Assembly (NCBI RefSeq): GCF_001194135.2
Contig: NC_068995.1
Location: forward strand, 34,778 to 73,774
Length of the DNA: 38,997 nt
Direction: 5' to 3'
DNA from: Octopus bimaculoides
Taxonomy: Eukaryota
Part shown: piece after piece, positions 1 through 11,497 of the stretch
How positions within the stretch are numbered: position 1 is the first letter of the stretch
Layout of the letters: the number at the start of each line of letters is the position of its first letter
The notes under the pieces: generated by a model
The model's input: only the letters and a program-made list of their open reading frames with translations
Told to the model about the DNA's origin: nothing
Database searches by the model: none
Made by a program: the position numbers and the translations under genes

Positions 1-134
1 ATATATATATATATATATATAATATAAATAATATATAAAACATGCATATATCCATACATATATGTACATACCCACATCTATATGTATACATACATGCATA
101 TATGGGTACAGGACATAAAAAAAAAAACGTTAAT

Positions 135-357
135 CCTTTCTACTATAGGCACGAGGCCATAAATTTGGGGGGGAGGGGACTAGTCGATTAGATTGACCCA
201 AATATGCAACTGATACTTAATTTATCGACCCCGAACGACCCCGAAAGGATGAAAGGCAAAGTAGACCTCGGCGGTACTCAGAACGTAAAGCCTACGAAAT
301 GCCGCAAAGCGTTTCGCCTGACGTTGCTGACGCTTCTGCCAGCCTCGCCGCCTTCGT
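135..357 (-). mobile_element. tRNA-derived SINE (Octopus OR-type family)
   Basis: Same core (atcgaccccgaaaggatgaaaggcaaagt) and tail (ctactataggcac) as copies at 9.2, 9.4, 19.3-19.7 and 23.7 kb; minus-strand tRNA-like head. Confidence 0.85.
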
Positions 358-371
358 TTAATAATGATAAT

Positions 372-752
372 GTTATAGAATTGATGTTGGATGCCCACTT
401 TGACCCGTGAATGGTTAAGGAAGGCGAAAAGATAGATAAATACAAGCCTCTCAAGTACGAAAGAGCCTGGATATGGAAAATGAAGAAGATGAAGATAGTA
501 CGAATTATTGATGGGTCTTTGGGAACAGTATCAGAAGGAATCAAGGAGAATATAAAGGAAATTGGAATAGAGTGCCCAGTAGAACTGTTACGAAAGGTTT
601 GCCTCCTTGGCATGGCTCCAGAATAATCAGGAAAATATTAGACGGCTGAAAAGAATGGATAGCATGGTACCGTAGGTTGCAAGTAGCAAGCCTGTTCCAC
701 ATGCAAAACTCCAGGATTTCCAACAAAACGTGTGATAATGAGAAATAATAAT
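372..752 (+). mobile_element. 3' end of an R4/Dong-like non-LTR retrotransposon (restriction-like endonuclease C-terminus, UTR, AAT tail)
   Basis: KEGEKIDKYKPLKYE...WKMKK...IGIECPVELLRKVCLLG; homologous to 22020-22260; flanked by AAT repeats. Confidence 0.85.
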
Positions 753-903
753 ACCTCTTCATAGTTAAACGACATGTATGAGAGAGAGAGTTTAATGTCT
801 TCTTCCTTTAGCCCGACAACCTAGTACCTTGTATTACTATGTGTCCTTTCTACGCTTTCATAAGAAATTCTAAAGGAATCAGAAGATCGTGCAACCTACT
901 CAC

Positions 904-1008
904 TGGGTTGGAGAATAGTCCATGTCGAGGATGGCACCGTCACATGCTGGTAAGAAATTTTTCCTAGACTTCTTTCTCTTTTCAGAACCTTGGTAAACAT
1001 CATGCAGT
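904..1008 (-). CDS. WD40 gene exon 17 (LHDVYQGSEKRKKSRKNFLPACDGAILDMDYSPT)
   Basis: Acceptor ttttatttgcag, donor gtgagt; phase 2 to 2; begins the next blade (AILDMDYSP). Confidence 0.88.
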
Positions 1009-1223
1009 CTGCAAATAAAACAAATATATTCTCGTGCCGGACAATTATCGTTAATTTTAGATGACTGTAGTATGTATGTATGTATGTATGTATGTATGTA
1101 TGTGTGTGTGTGTGTGTTCGTGAATAATAATGTAATGTACTTACTGTCCAGTTTCTAAGTTCCACAGGCAAAGTTGTTGGTCCCATCCACCACTTACCTA
1201 CAAAGTTAAAAAATAAAATCGTC

Positions 1224-1266
<43 letters not shown>

Positions 1267-1281
1267 TAAAGNNNNNNNNNN

Positions 1282-1363
<82 letters not shown>

Positions 1364-2178
1364 ATAAAATATATAGTTTTACTTGGTTTGTCATAAGATT
1401 GTGGCCTGGCTAGGGCGTCACCCCGTAGGCTGGAGCTTTCAATTATAAACATAAACAACACCCCGCTTCTAAACAATTTCCAGTTACCCAGTTTCACTCA
1501 CAAAACTTGGGTTGATCCAGAAATACAGTAAAATAATTGTAGATTACACAAAGTAAGCTCGAACCCGAGACCTCGTTGTCACGATGAGAAAATCTTAATC
1601 ATCTAGCCATGTCACGATCACCATAGCAACCATAATACTACAAACGACAACAACTTTAATGCTGTAAACATCAATATACAGCAGTACTAATAACAATCAC
1701 AAGACACTCACCAAGAAAGTTCCACCATAACCATGGCTCCTGTCCAATACAATGAAACTGGACACTGATATTCTGTGTTTCTTTAAAATGTATAAACAAA
1801 TGAAGTCCGCGACTCTCTTAGTATTTGTGTGTGTGTCCTGTTGTTAAGATATAAGATATACACATGTTTAATATATTCTGGATGGAGAACTAGAAAGGCG
1901 TCTTTCTGTGTGTGTGTGTGTGGGGGGGATATATATATGTGCCGTACTTTGGCTGATGAGAAACAGGCACCTATTTGGCGCTAATTTCGAAACCGGTTCC
2001 AAGTTGACTAGTATTGTTTGTACTGACCTGGCAGAGGTAAGACATTTTTAATGTTCACTGGAATTCTTTCCTACCATGCCTGTATTAGATTTGTGAATAC
2101 TCTGTGGTACAGAAGTATTTCTGACTTATATTTTTAGCGGTGTAGGTGCTCATGTGGTGCCTTCATATNNNNNNNNNN

Positions 2179-2210
<32 letters not shown>

Positions 2211-3978
2211 CAATGAAGAAATAAGTGATATAGATATCCACATTATACACCTCAACCCATTAGCACTCTGATAGAGCTTCAGGAATATAAAATTAAGGAG
2301 GCGAGAAGATAAATTCAAAGGTTGATGATATACAATTCAATCAATCCATATTAACGAAATTCTCCATGGTATACAAAATACATGTATGTATGTATGTTTG
2401 TTTGTATGTATGTATGTATGTTTGTATGTATGTATGTATGTATGTTTATAGTCGTAGATACATGCATATGTACATGTACATGCGTTTGGCGATCACACAG
2501 ACAAAACAAACACATTAAAAAATAAAAAGGGGCTGAAGAAGATAGATCACAACTTACTGCATTCTTGATTTTCAGTAGCTCAGACTGTCTGTCTAAGAGA
2601 ACCGAGTATTTAGTTTCTGCTATGTTATCTTCCTTGGGATTAATCTTTTGTAGTTTCTCCGCTGCTCTGACATCAAATCCCCAAACATCTACGAATACAT
2701 GCATAGTTATTTGTATACGATATATTTTCACAACATATATTTTCACAACAAAAACAGGTCGTATAACTGAAGATACATCCGGAAATCCATGAATATCCAT
2801 AGAGTACATATCAAAATGTAAACAAGAGAGATATAATAGCAGAACCACTTAAAGGGTTTCCAGGCTTTAAACTCAGTCTTATCCGGTGCCGTGAAGAAGT
2901 GGTTGTCCATAAGAGTTCTTCTGTCTGCGGATCTACAAATTTGCCTTTTTTTTTCCGTTTTACCTCGGTAATTTTTGGAAGTGTCGCTCTTACATATTGG
3001 ATCCTTCTGAGATGTTCCTGGCTGGTGTCTTCACAAATTGTTTACGAGGTCAAGCAATCCTTCAGGCTCAATGCAGCTAGTTAGTCCTATTTCAAAACCA
3101 GGACGCTAGTCTATGAGAAAACTCGACAAATAACGAGAAGGTTGATGTAAAAAGTGGAACGAGATGGATAAGGGTGAATAAAAAGGAGAAAGCAAGCAAA
3201 GAAAGAAAGGCAAGTATTGCGTTTCCTTTGTCCATCGAAATTCTTATTAATCTAGCTGGTGTAGAATAATTCAACTAACAGGAGGCCAAAGTTTGTGAGA
3301 CAGCTGCTCAATCATTGGAAATGAAACAGCAGGTAAGTTTTTAATCAATTTATTGTTGTACATAGTTCCCGATGAAGAGGAAACTGGACGGGCTATTCAG
3401 ACAGCCTACTGATCCATGGAGACAATTGTTGTTAGGGGATAGGAACTGACTAGGCACAAAGATAAGTTTAAAGGATATTTTCTAATGTTTTTACTTATGT
3501 GTCTAGTTTGTTCTCATGTTACTTTTATAATTATTTTCTTAATTCATCCATTTTCATGGCCAGCTGAATTGTACTTGTGGTTTACGATTCAATGGTGTTT
3601 ATTTTTATATTAAAAGTGGTATTCTTATGAAATGGTTGTAATAGAATCAACGTGAGATATATATTCTGCGGAATACGGTTTCATTTGGAAAATGTATATT
3701 AAAGCTATAGCTTCAATAAAGTCTGTTCAGAGTTGTCTCTCTTAGGTATTTCCCGTTGATAACGGCTAAAGAACTCGAAACATCGATGTCTGGGAATCTT
3801 GACAGGAGGCGACGCTGGACAGATATGATGTTTTTACATCTTTTCACTATACGAGAGAATTTTTTTCGCACGGTAACTGCAGTGAATTTGCTTTTAGTAA
3901 TTGTATGTCACACGTATTTTAACTAACATAAACTTAGTTTATGCCTAAATACTGCTTACCGCTGATATTACGGTAATA

Positions 3979-4020
<42 letters not shown>

Positions 4021-5539
4021 TGCGCGTGTATGCGTGTGTGTGCATACATACATTCATACATATATACATACATATATGTATATATGTATGTATTTCAAGT
4101 GCTTTTGATAAAACGACTGAAATACCACTTCAAGACTGCCTTTCCAGCAAAACAAAGTAATGGAAAAGTAGTCAATTTTAATTGGTGTATATTATAACAT
4201 GTATAAAACAAATATGTATTTATGGCAGACATATGTCTCTCTAGTGAAATCTGTTTTTATTCATGAGGTTTTTAGGTATGTGTATAGGATCAAGATATGT
4301 ATAAATCATATGGTTGCTAATAGAATCGTATCATATAGCTGAAAAAAATAAAATGAGTGAAAAACAAAAACGAAAATGATTGAAAATAGGAATAAAATTT
4401 CAGGTTTGCACTTTAAACTTCGTGTACTGATACGGATTTAATACTGAAACCATTATACGTAGATCTGTATGTGCGTGCAAACGCTGGTGAAGATGAATAT
4501 AGAAAGAAAAAGAGTACTCAATACCGAAAAGTAGATTGTTCTTAAATCATGTATTAATTATAAAAATCATCATTATTGCTTCTATGAATTTTAACCAGGA
4601 TCTCATGCTGATACTATGGATTTCTTTATAACAAGGAACTTTTGTCGACTTTCCTTTAGTTGAAAGATCTAACTTTGAGCTAATATACAATTGTGTATCC
4701 ATATTTTCGCAAAATCATTTTTTTTTTGCCTTCAGAAAACATTTTGTTAGATCTGCTCATCTTGCAAGAAGCCCAAATTACTGGTATGACTTCTTGACTG
4801 TCATTTACCTAATAATGTGAACGCATGTATGCGTGTGTATGCATGTGTGTGTGTGCATGTGTGTGTATGTGTATGTTGTATGAGTGTATGTGTTTTTGCT
4901 GCTATTTCTGACTGATTGCACTGGAAGACTTCTTCATTGGTTCTTTATACATACACATAAAATTAATTAAGAAATAAGTCATTAACTTACATATCTTACC
5001 GTCTTCACATCCCATCACTAGAAAGTCGAGAGATTCTACAAAGGTAACTTTCAGAATCCCCACATCGCACTGTGCCTTCCTGAAATCTTTCTAAATAAGA
5101 TTTGATAAAAACAAAAGTCAAGTTTCGTGTCGATAAGAATAAACTATGTACATACATACATACATACATACATACATACATACTTGAAGCGACAAGTCGC
5201 GTATTTGGCGTAGGAGAGAGATTACACGTATATATATATTATATGTATGAATATGTCACACGTATGTGAATTCGTGTGTGGACCATATTTTATTGTGTCT
5301 GGGAAGAGTTATTCTGTTTTAATGCCTTATTAACACACTCGCCGGTTTGATTTCCACTCATTTACTTATTTATTTTTTCTAAAGTTTTCGTGGCAACCAC
5401 TTCAAAAGTCTTCAAACGACTATTGAAAAGGTTGCAAGAAGCTACGAAAATTTTTTTAAAAAATGAGTAAATGAGTGGAAATCGAACCGGTGACTGAGTT
5501 AATTAATAAGCTATTAAAACAGAATGACTCTCCCCAGAC

Positions 5540-5572
<33 letters not shown>

Positions 5573-8334
5573 NNNNNNNNNNNNNNNNNNNNNNNNNNNN
5601 NNNNNNNNNNNNNNNNNNNNNNNNNNNNNNNNNNNNNNNNNNNNNNNNNNNNNNNNNNNNNNNNNNNNNNNNNNNNNNNNNNNNNNNNNNNNNNNNNNNN
5701 NNNNNNNNNNNNNNNNNNNNNNNNNNNNNNNNNNNNNNNNNNNNNNNNNNNNNNNNNNNNNNNNNNNNNNNNNNNNNNNNNNNNNNNNNNNNNNNNNNNN
5801 NNNNNNNNNNNNNNNNNNNNNNNNNNNNNNNNNNNNTATATATATATCAGTAATAAAGATGTACAGGTGTCAATTTATTCTGGCCGTTTCAAGCGGGTCT
5901 ATTTAATTGATTAATGAAAACATTACATAAATTTGAATGGATAAACCGTTTTTAACAAATTTACATCAATAATGGAAAGCAAAATCTTTACATTGTTTCC
6001 TTTTGTTATAACTGTGGTAGAAAGAGTGTAGAATAGCTAGACCTGCATGTAGATAAAGCTAGATATATGGTTCCAAAACATTGGGAATTTAGTAGAAAGC
6101 CTGACATTAATTGATTTATGACCATTAACTAGAATACAGTTGAGAACTCTCAATGGATTTAATTGTAAATGAGTGAAAACTGCATATTACATAAAGTCTT
6201 TTAAATATAAGTAACTACGTCGTCATTGCTTTTAGATTGACCCCCCCCCCCCACTACTTCCTCTCCTACTCTCTAAATTATAGTAGGCTTAACAAGGTAT
6301 GCATTATTTTCTAAACTGATTCTACAACAGTTGTAACAAAAGGAAACAATGTAAATATTTTTGTGATATTCATAAGGCGAGAGTGACAATCAAAACTAGA
6401 GTATTCAATAAAATAGTAAACTATAATAAATGAGATTATGGTCCGTTAAGGAAAATACGTTGTTACAGTCCGATTATTCGTTAACTATTTACCAGAAATG
6501 TGGATACAAAAGAATACAAAGATCTCGTTTTTCGTGATTCCACTACGAGTCATTTATTATTAACAGTACAATTGTATTGAAAAGGATCCCAGCTACTCTA
6601 AAAATGATTCGGCATCAAAGAATTACTCACAGGAGTTGATGAGCTGCGAATAGTCTTCTGCAGAGTGCTTCGATGCCTCTTCGGGAGTTTGACTTCAGAA
6701 CTTTTTCTATCAACGGAACAGTGACTTGACTCCAACTTTCTCTGGTGGCGTTTCATTTCTTTATCCTCACATCCACCATAAACCTCTAAGTTTCCATCAC
6801 GAGCACCGTCACCTCCAGCACCAGTACCACCAGCTCCACCAGCACCTACAAAAACACTACCAACACCACCACCACGGCCACCTCCTCCTCCATCATCATC
6901 ATCATCATTACTGTCACCAAATCCTTCTTGTTTATATTTAATATCATCTAAATTGTATTCCTGTTTACTAAAAAATGAATACATCGTGTATAACACATCA
7001 TAACACATCACTTCATCACAAGAAATAATTTTCTTGTTTAGTCATTTTGTGGGCAGGAAAAAAGAAGAACAGGACAAAATAATAAAAGGAGTTGCATTTT
7101 GTGTTCCTCGAGATGAGCAAACAAAATAATATTAGATTTCGTTTTACTTTTACCTCATTTTTTATGTATCCTAACGAAGAAAAACGTGAAAATATATCTC
7201 AGTCTGCAAGAGATTCATAGATTAAGAAGAGGAAAGATACTCTACAATTTAAGTAGTTTTTGAGCATCTTGGTTTTTGAAAGGGAGATGCTGTTGATGGC
7301 TGTGTGTATACAGTAGCTGCCCCGCACTTCTCTACAAAGAATTGAGGTTAAAACAAAATCTGAAGACCCCGTCGCAGTGGATACCCAACAACTCACTAAC
7401 CACATAATTTATATAATTTTAGGTACAATCAAATACAATGACTTTGTATTCAGTGATGTTTCTGCAACGCTACTGTTACAGAATTCTCTTCGTATTTGCC
7501 AGGAAAGTGAGTACAAATGAATCCAAGAAGTCTTCATTGGTATTTTTTTCTTCTTTAAATTAAAGTTCATTTCATCATTTTGTAGACATCAAGAAATTTA
7601 ATAAAAGTAAAATAATAATTATTGCATGAATGCCATTCTTCCTGATATTCGTCATGGCGGCAAAAGTATTCTTCCGAAGTTACCCGTCGTATGGCGGGCA
7701 ACGATGATAACAAAAAATTAACTGAGGAGAATACTAATGTATTATATCAAATATAACTAATTAACCAATTAATTACATCTAATTTAGTGACACTCATTCT
7801 ATGCAAGAAACCTTACCTGTACACGAAAAAATTCGACTGAGTTCTTTCCCATCGTGTGAAAATTCCTTTGCTGTCTGCTGAGAAATATAGAACGGGTTCC
7901 TGCGAAGCTGTGAAAAAGGTACCCAAATATTTATTCTATGATTAGATAGATAGATAGATAGATAGATAGATTGACATACAGGCAGATTAATAGACAAACT
8001 TACTGTAACATAAACTTTCTAGGGAGTTCCTGGCCTTCAGCGCCGTGAGACAACCGGAAGAATTGTATTTCCATACAATCAGATGTTTCCTGCTCGTTGA
8101 GCCTGGTATAGAAATATACGTCCGATAACGTGAGAGAAAATACAAGAAGACCTAGGGTTCTATTCTATTGATACAGAATCTTAAACATAATTTTTGGGTC
8201 ATATTGTTACGGTGCAAGAAATTAATTTCATTCTTACCTACAACTTGGTTCAGCTCTGGTAGAAATTTCAAAAGTTGAAGATGATATCTCTCATCATCCT
8301 CTTGTTGAAACGTCGCCACACATTCAGTCACCTG

Positions 8335-8375
<41 letters not shown>

Positions 8376-8714
8376 TTTAAGAATATAGATTGGTAAAAGT
8401 TTTTATTTTTCATTTCCTTTCGAAATTATCCCAAATTTTTGTGGTATGTAGTCTTTTGCTGCTATTTCTAGCGAGTAGATGTCCTATTATAGGCATCTCT
8501 GCATTTTAAATGAATAATACATAGTCTATTGACTGTTTTTTTACTCTCGCTAGACCACTGGTGGTANNNNNNNNNNNNNNNNNNNNNNNNNNNNNNNNNN
8601 NNNNNNNNNNNNNNNNNNNNNNNNNNNNNNNNNNNNNNNNNNNNNNNNNNNNNNNNNNNNNNNNNNNNNNNGTAAATAAAATTTCTAAAATTTTTTTTGC
8701 TACCCTATAATTTA

Positions 8715-8761
<47 letters not shown>

Positions 8762-9398
8762 GTAAGGACTGCAGCAGCATCAACAACAACAATAGTAATA
8801 ATAATTGCGACAACGATAATGAACAACAACAATAGCATCTACAATAACAGCACGAGTTAAATCACGAGGTGAAAAGAAGCGACAAGTATTGTTGAAGATC
8901 AGTTAGGTAAAGCAGGAAACGCTTACATTATCACCTGACTTTGGTTCAAACAAACATGCAGATGGTAAACCAGCTGTAACCCATATTGTCCTGTCTCGTG
9001 GGCAGTAGCAAATGCTGGATATTGGGGCCAAGAAGTTGTCTATTTTATGCACTTGGTTACCATCAATGGACCAGATTTTCACTGTTTTATCGAATGAACC
9101 AGTAACAATCCTATGAAATGCAACAAAGAAACAAACAAATAATAATGGTTTCAAATTATGGTACGAGGGCAGCAATTTTGAGGGGAGGGGGCTCACTAGA
9201 TACCATCCATTCTAATAATTTCATTGATCGCGAAAGGCAAGTAGACCTCTGTAAAATTTTAACCCGGAACCTAATGTATCGGAAGAAATTCAGAAATGCA
9301 TTTTCCCGACGCTCTAGTAATTCTGCCAGCTCGCCTTAATAATAATTAGGAGGAGGAGGAGGAGGAGGAGAAGAAGAAGAAGAAGAAGAGTAGTAGTG

Positions 9399-9433
<35 letters not shown>

Positions 9434-11458
9434 CTTTTCTACACAGCCGGCAATTTTAGGGGAGAAGATTAGACTACATAGGTAGTTTACTTTATCGATC
9501 TGAACTGAAAGGATGAAAGGTATGGTTGAAATTGGTGGGATTTGAATTCAGAAGGCAAAAAGCCATATGAAATACCGCAAGGCATTTTGTCTGCTTTTGT
9601 AATGATGAATATATTGATGACAGCAAACTTTAAAGCAATTTTAGATCAAAACTAAATAATTTCTTGTATTCTAGCACAATAACTTAGTACTTTAGAAAAA
9701 CCCAGATAAGTGAGGTGCAAATATCAGAGGATAAAGCAGTTACAAATCCTAGAAAAGACTACGTTCTAGTTGTTGAAAAGGTTTCCCGAACTGAAATGGT
9801 TAATGGAGTTTGTAAAATTTTTCAACAAGACAAAATACCTGATTTGAATTCCTTTTTAAAATCTTGTGTTTCCTCGGGAAACACAAAGAAATTAAATTTT
9901 AAATCTCTGAACGTTTAATCTAAAGGCTGGGTTATATCATAAGATATTTATTGATCCACTTTATGTTTGAGCACATTTGTGTAGTACTTTAGTTGTAAAA
10001 CTACTATTATGAAGATAACTCTCATTATAGCAGCGAGAAGCTCTAAAGAACGTTGTTGCATCTGAAGATAATTAGGATATATATTTAACAACATCAAGGA
10101 CAGAATTTCTTAGAATAAGGGAGAGAATTCTTAATGATTTAAAATAAAGTTTCATAAAAGTTTTGGTAAATAAAACTATTACTTTCTAAGTTAAAGATAC
10201 TATCCAGTGAATGATTTAGGACAAGGCTTAGTAATTCTTAAATCTATTTCATTAAACAACTTTTTGAAGTCATTTATAAATGTTTAGTTCGTGACCGTTC
10301 ATATTGCTTGAGACTATAAAACCATCGTCGCCATAAAAATCTTTTTGCATTGTAGGAAATTTTTTTATTTAATATGTTCAATGTATATATTTCGAAAATT
10401 TCACATTGATTCCAATAGAAAAATTAAACAGTTTTGATATTAAACAATGGTTCGTAAAAAAAACCGATATTTCTTTCTTTGCACTGTGATAATAATTTCA
10501 GATTCCGTATTCGGTAACTGGTATTCGGGAAACTTAAAATAAAACTCTGAGCAGAAAAAATTTTGATAAAATTCTACACTGTTTAACAGCATAAATTTAA
10601 AATGTTTGTCTTTAATAACACTAATCCGTGTCTTTACTGATTTACTATGGAACTATATTGGGAGAGAAATTGTACTTTTTTGAGAATCTAGAATGTTTGC
10701 TTTAACCTGCGTTTATATTTTCTAGAAAAATTGGTCTTGTGATTTTTAAGTGTAATGCACAGTGTGCGTAGAACTAAATATACATCTGCGTCGTCGATAT
10801 ATCTGGAATGTCTTTGGCTTCAAGACTAATGAAGTTGTACGTGTATATGCGTATATTTACCAGAAGTTGTTGTCACAATCCCTTGCAGGAACCACACAAG
10901 TAAGTCCAGCCTCGTGTGCTCTGTATTTACTTGAAAAAGATAAACAGAAATACGTTATGGGTCAAGTGTTTCTTGGAAGAGATTGACCTACAGAAGGAAA
11001 GATGGTGAGTGATAGCGATAAGAGGAAGAAATGGGGTGATGACAAAAGTGGTAATATTGATGGCATTGTTGTTGTTGGTGGTGGTGGTGATGGTGGTGGT
11101 GGTGGGTGCCAGTGACGAGGGCGGTATTTGTAGTAGTAGTGGGAACGATGGACTTAGTGAATGGTGACAATTAAGAACGAAGATGATAAACAACAGCAAC
11201 AGCAACAGTAAGAAGACTAGAATCAGATTTAAGAAGACTTACTAAGAAAGATAAGAGATTTTATTACTTACACCACCAGAGGGCGTATTTTCATATCCTT
11301 TGTGTATGATAAATCATAAATGATTAATCTTTGATCAAACCTTGGAAAGAGAATGGTGAAGCATATCAATATATGGTATCGTAATTCAGAAACTGAAATG
11401 TATATGCATGTATGTAAGTATCTATCTATCTATCTATCTATCTATCTCTATCTATCTA

Positions 11459-11497
<39 letters not shown>

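Noticed and set aside
4736-4783. Plus-strand 48-nt exon-like segment (ttcag...g|gtatga)
   Set aside because: Isolated, antisense in intron 13, no partner exons or recognisable peptide
5385-5450. Possible hammerhead in the TTAA palindrome (GTGG-TTG-CCAC-GAAA)
   Set aside because: Both arms lack CUGANGA (read CTTTTGAA and CTATTGAA)
6726-6941. His-rich plus-strand ORF
   Set aside because: Antisense shadow of the GGT/GAT triplets in exon 12
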